Part shown: one piece after another, positions 63,958 to 64,000 of the stretch | Numbering within the stretch: position 1 is the first letter of the stretch | Layout: each line of letters opens with the position of its first letter | Assembly (NCBI GenBank): GCA_050250895.1 | Contig: JBFWNU010000003.1 | Coordinates: forward strand, 491,302-555,301 | DNA: 64,000 bases | Direction of reading: 5' to 3' | Origin: Vulcanimicrobiota bacterium | GTDB taxonomy: Bacteria; Vulcanimicrobiota; Xenobia; Xenobiales; JADMJV01 | The notes under the pieces: generated by a model | What the model was told of the DNA's origin: nothing | Databases searched by the model: none | What the model saw: the letters and a program-made list of their open reading frames with translations, nothing else | Made by a program: the position numbers and the translations under genes

Positions 63958-64000
63958 GACTTGAAGGTCTTCACCAGCTCGCGCATTTTGTCATGCAGGG
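63954..64000 (-). CDS. 3' end of an upstream gene (partial)
   Basis: LHDKMRELVKTFKS* with GTGA overlap on the DAHP synthase start. Confidence 0.45.
   Translation of the reverse strand, partial: LHDKMRELVKTFKS

Overview
High-GC bacterial chromosomal window (about 60 genes, no rRNA, tRNA or CRISPR recognised). The gene style suggests an uncultured lineage such as Eremiobacterota, but that is a guess. Highlights: (1) 84-4294, a tightly coupled operon of a Gly-rich protein with a Cys/Arg-rich tail, a UPF0489/PF12640 peptide-arginase-like TPR protein, a GNAT and an acidic Zn-ribbon protein. This resembles an Arg->Orn plus acylation RiPP pathway with a non-canonical precursor. (2) 13.3-18.4 kb, a decaying accessory region (frameshifted XRE regulator and ParE toxin, orphan Rhs toxin plus putative immunity gene, frameshifted HNH endonuclease, 7-bp VNTR). 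It holds two convergent copies of a structured non-coding element with compensatory stem changes, and a third half-copy joined to the HNH gene at the element's conserved loop. (3) Two exported redoxins split by in-frame TGA in UxxC motifs (UPYC at 20232, UGAC at 28507), each with a downstream hairpin: probable selenoproteins. (4) A 1.6-kb islet bounded by 25-bp direct repeats carrying a convergent DUF433/DUF5615 pair. (5) Two pilin/pseudopilin + PilC cassettes flanking a DUF2760-Hsp70-Hsp70 trio. (6) Housekeeping genes, including a DAHP synthase-prephenate dehydratase fusion.
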